DNA from: Syntrophaceae bacterium
GTDB lineage: Bacteria > Desulfobacterota > Syntrophia > Syntrophales > UBA2185
Assembly (NCBI GenBank): GCA_003508565.1
Contig: DNUI01000085.1
Location: 1 to 32,664 of the forward strand
DNA: 32,664 nt
Reading direction: 5' to 3'
A program made the translations under genes and the position numbers. Shown one piece after another: positions 32,059 through 32,664 of this stretch (position 1 is its first letter; each line of letters starts with the position of its first letter). The notes under the pieces were generated by a model. The model made no database searches. It was not told the origin of the DNA and was given only the letters and a program-made list of their open reading frames with translations.

Positions 32059-32664
32059 TCATTCTTTATTAATAAATATTTCGACCCTTCTGTTTTTTGC
32101 TTTATTCTCAAGGCTAGTGTTTGGGAGAGCCGGCTTATACAAGGAATGACCGACTACTGTAAATCTTTCGGGCTCTATGCCTGTATCTTCTATGAGAAAT
32201 CTTGCAATAGTTACTGCCCTTATTGCCGAAAGTTCCCAGTTAGTGGGAAAAACAGAGGAATATATCGGGAATGAGTCGGTATGTCCCTCAATCCGGATAT
32301 TGGTTTTCGTTTTTCTTACAACTTCGGCAAAGTTTCTCAAGAATGTGACTGCTTCCGGTTTTATTTCTGCTTTTCCCAGATCGAAAAACAGAGAATCGCG
32401 GGCACTGACTTTTATCGAAAGATTTTTCTCAATGGCAACGGATATATTGTCAGGATTTGAATCTTTTATAAGACGCTGGCTCATCTCATTGAGGTGTTCA
32501 GGTGAAATTTCATGTATGACTTCTTGCTTTTGAATATCAACCTTCGTTACATTGGGAGCCTTGAACGCATCAGCGATGTCACGTTTTGACTGTGAATAAA
32601 TAAACAACACTGCAAACATAACAAAAACAACCATCATGATATCAGACCATGGAACTGCCCAATG
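32059..32664 (-). CDS. MotB-like stator protein with OmpA-type peptidoglycan-binding domain (5' end beyond window)
   Basis: The frame stays open to the window edge: HWAVPWSDIMMVVFVMFAVLF, a TM carrying the conserved Asp. The OmpA-like core is IRIEGHTDSFPI...NWELSAIRAVTIARFL...NRRVEI. Confidence 0.8.
   Translation of the reverse strand, partial: HWAVPWSDIMMVVFVMFAVLFIYSQSKRDIADAFKAPNVTKVDIQKQEVIHEISPEHLNEMSQRLIKDSNPDNISVAIEKNLSIKVSARDSLFFDLGKAEIKPEAVTFLRNFAEVVRKTKTNIRIEGHTDSFPIYSSVFPTNWELSAIRAVTIARFLIEDTGIEPERFTVVGHSLYKPALPNTSLENKAKNRRVEIFINKE

Noticed and set aside
1-32664. Searched by eye for CRISPR arrays, tRNA/rRNA genes, transposases, integrases, phage genes and toxin-antitoxin pairs.
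   Set aside because: None found. There are no regularly spaced direct repeats, no tRNA-like T-arm or acceptor signatures, and no recognisable mobile-element ORFs. The only repeats are the short regulatory palindromes, the G-tract elements and the rhodanese fragment listed above.

Overview
The window reads as chromosomal DNA from an anaerobic, selenocysteine-using, sigma-54-rich bacterium; by gene content it looks like Desulfobacterota or Syntrophia, which is inference only. Nearly all real genes are on the minus strand. I saw no rRNA, tRNA, CRISPR array, transposase or integrase.

Minus-strand blocks, left to right:
1. 1-6000: an exported-protease / ABC-export operon with two M16 peptidases, an OB-like secreted protein, an S1 protease, an ABC ATPase and an FtsX-type permease that runs off the window.
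2. 6151-8453: a periplasmic metal-stress block with a CDF transporter, an OB-like paralogue and a CpxP/Spy/ZraP-like protein, behind a sigma-54 promoter with upstream repeats.
3. 8574-13738: the most unusual region. A near-consensus sigma-54 promoter and two perfect palindromic enhancer sites precede NifX-like, TauE/TSUP, a VKOR-like::DsbA-like fusion, an exported rhodanese, two more DsbA-like paralogues, a 61-aa 4-Cys protein and a DGC-domain protein, followed by a decayed rhodanese copy.
4. 13831-15618 (plus strand): MarR and an ArsP-family permease with a CC-rich loop.
5. 15685-20672: a PAS/sigma-54 activator, a P5C-reductase-like protein, CcdA, an exported thioredoxin, a HesB/IscA-like selenoprotein and a CCGCCC Fe-S protein. 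The selenoprotein has an in-frame TGA, so the ORF track split it.
6. 20712-23694: an arsR / permease / thioredoxin-like / acr3 operon with a clear promoter and operator.
7. 23928-28780 (plus strand): an IscU-like gene and a 2-hydroxyacyl-CoA-dehydratase-family (double-cubane-type) gene, followed by decayed activase, HdrD-like and FdhE genes.
8. 29160-32664: an AT-richer tail with a zinc-ribbon ORF, an M50 protease, a PfkB kinase and a MotB/MotA-like stator pair.

Start codons were re-evaluated by eye for RBS spacing. All family calls come from recognised motifs, not database searches.
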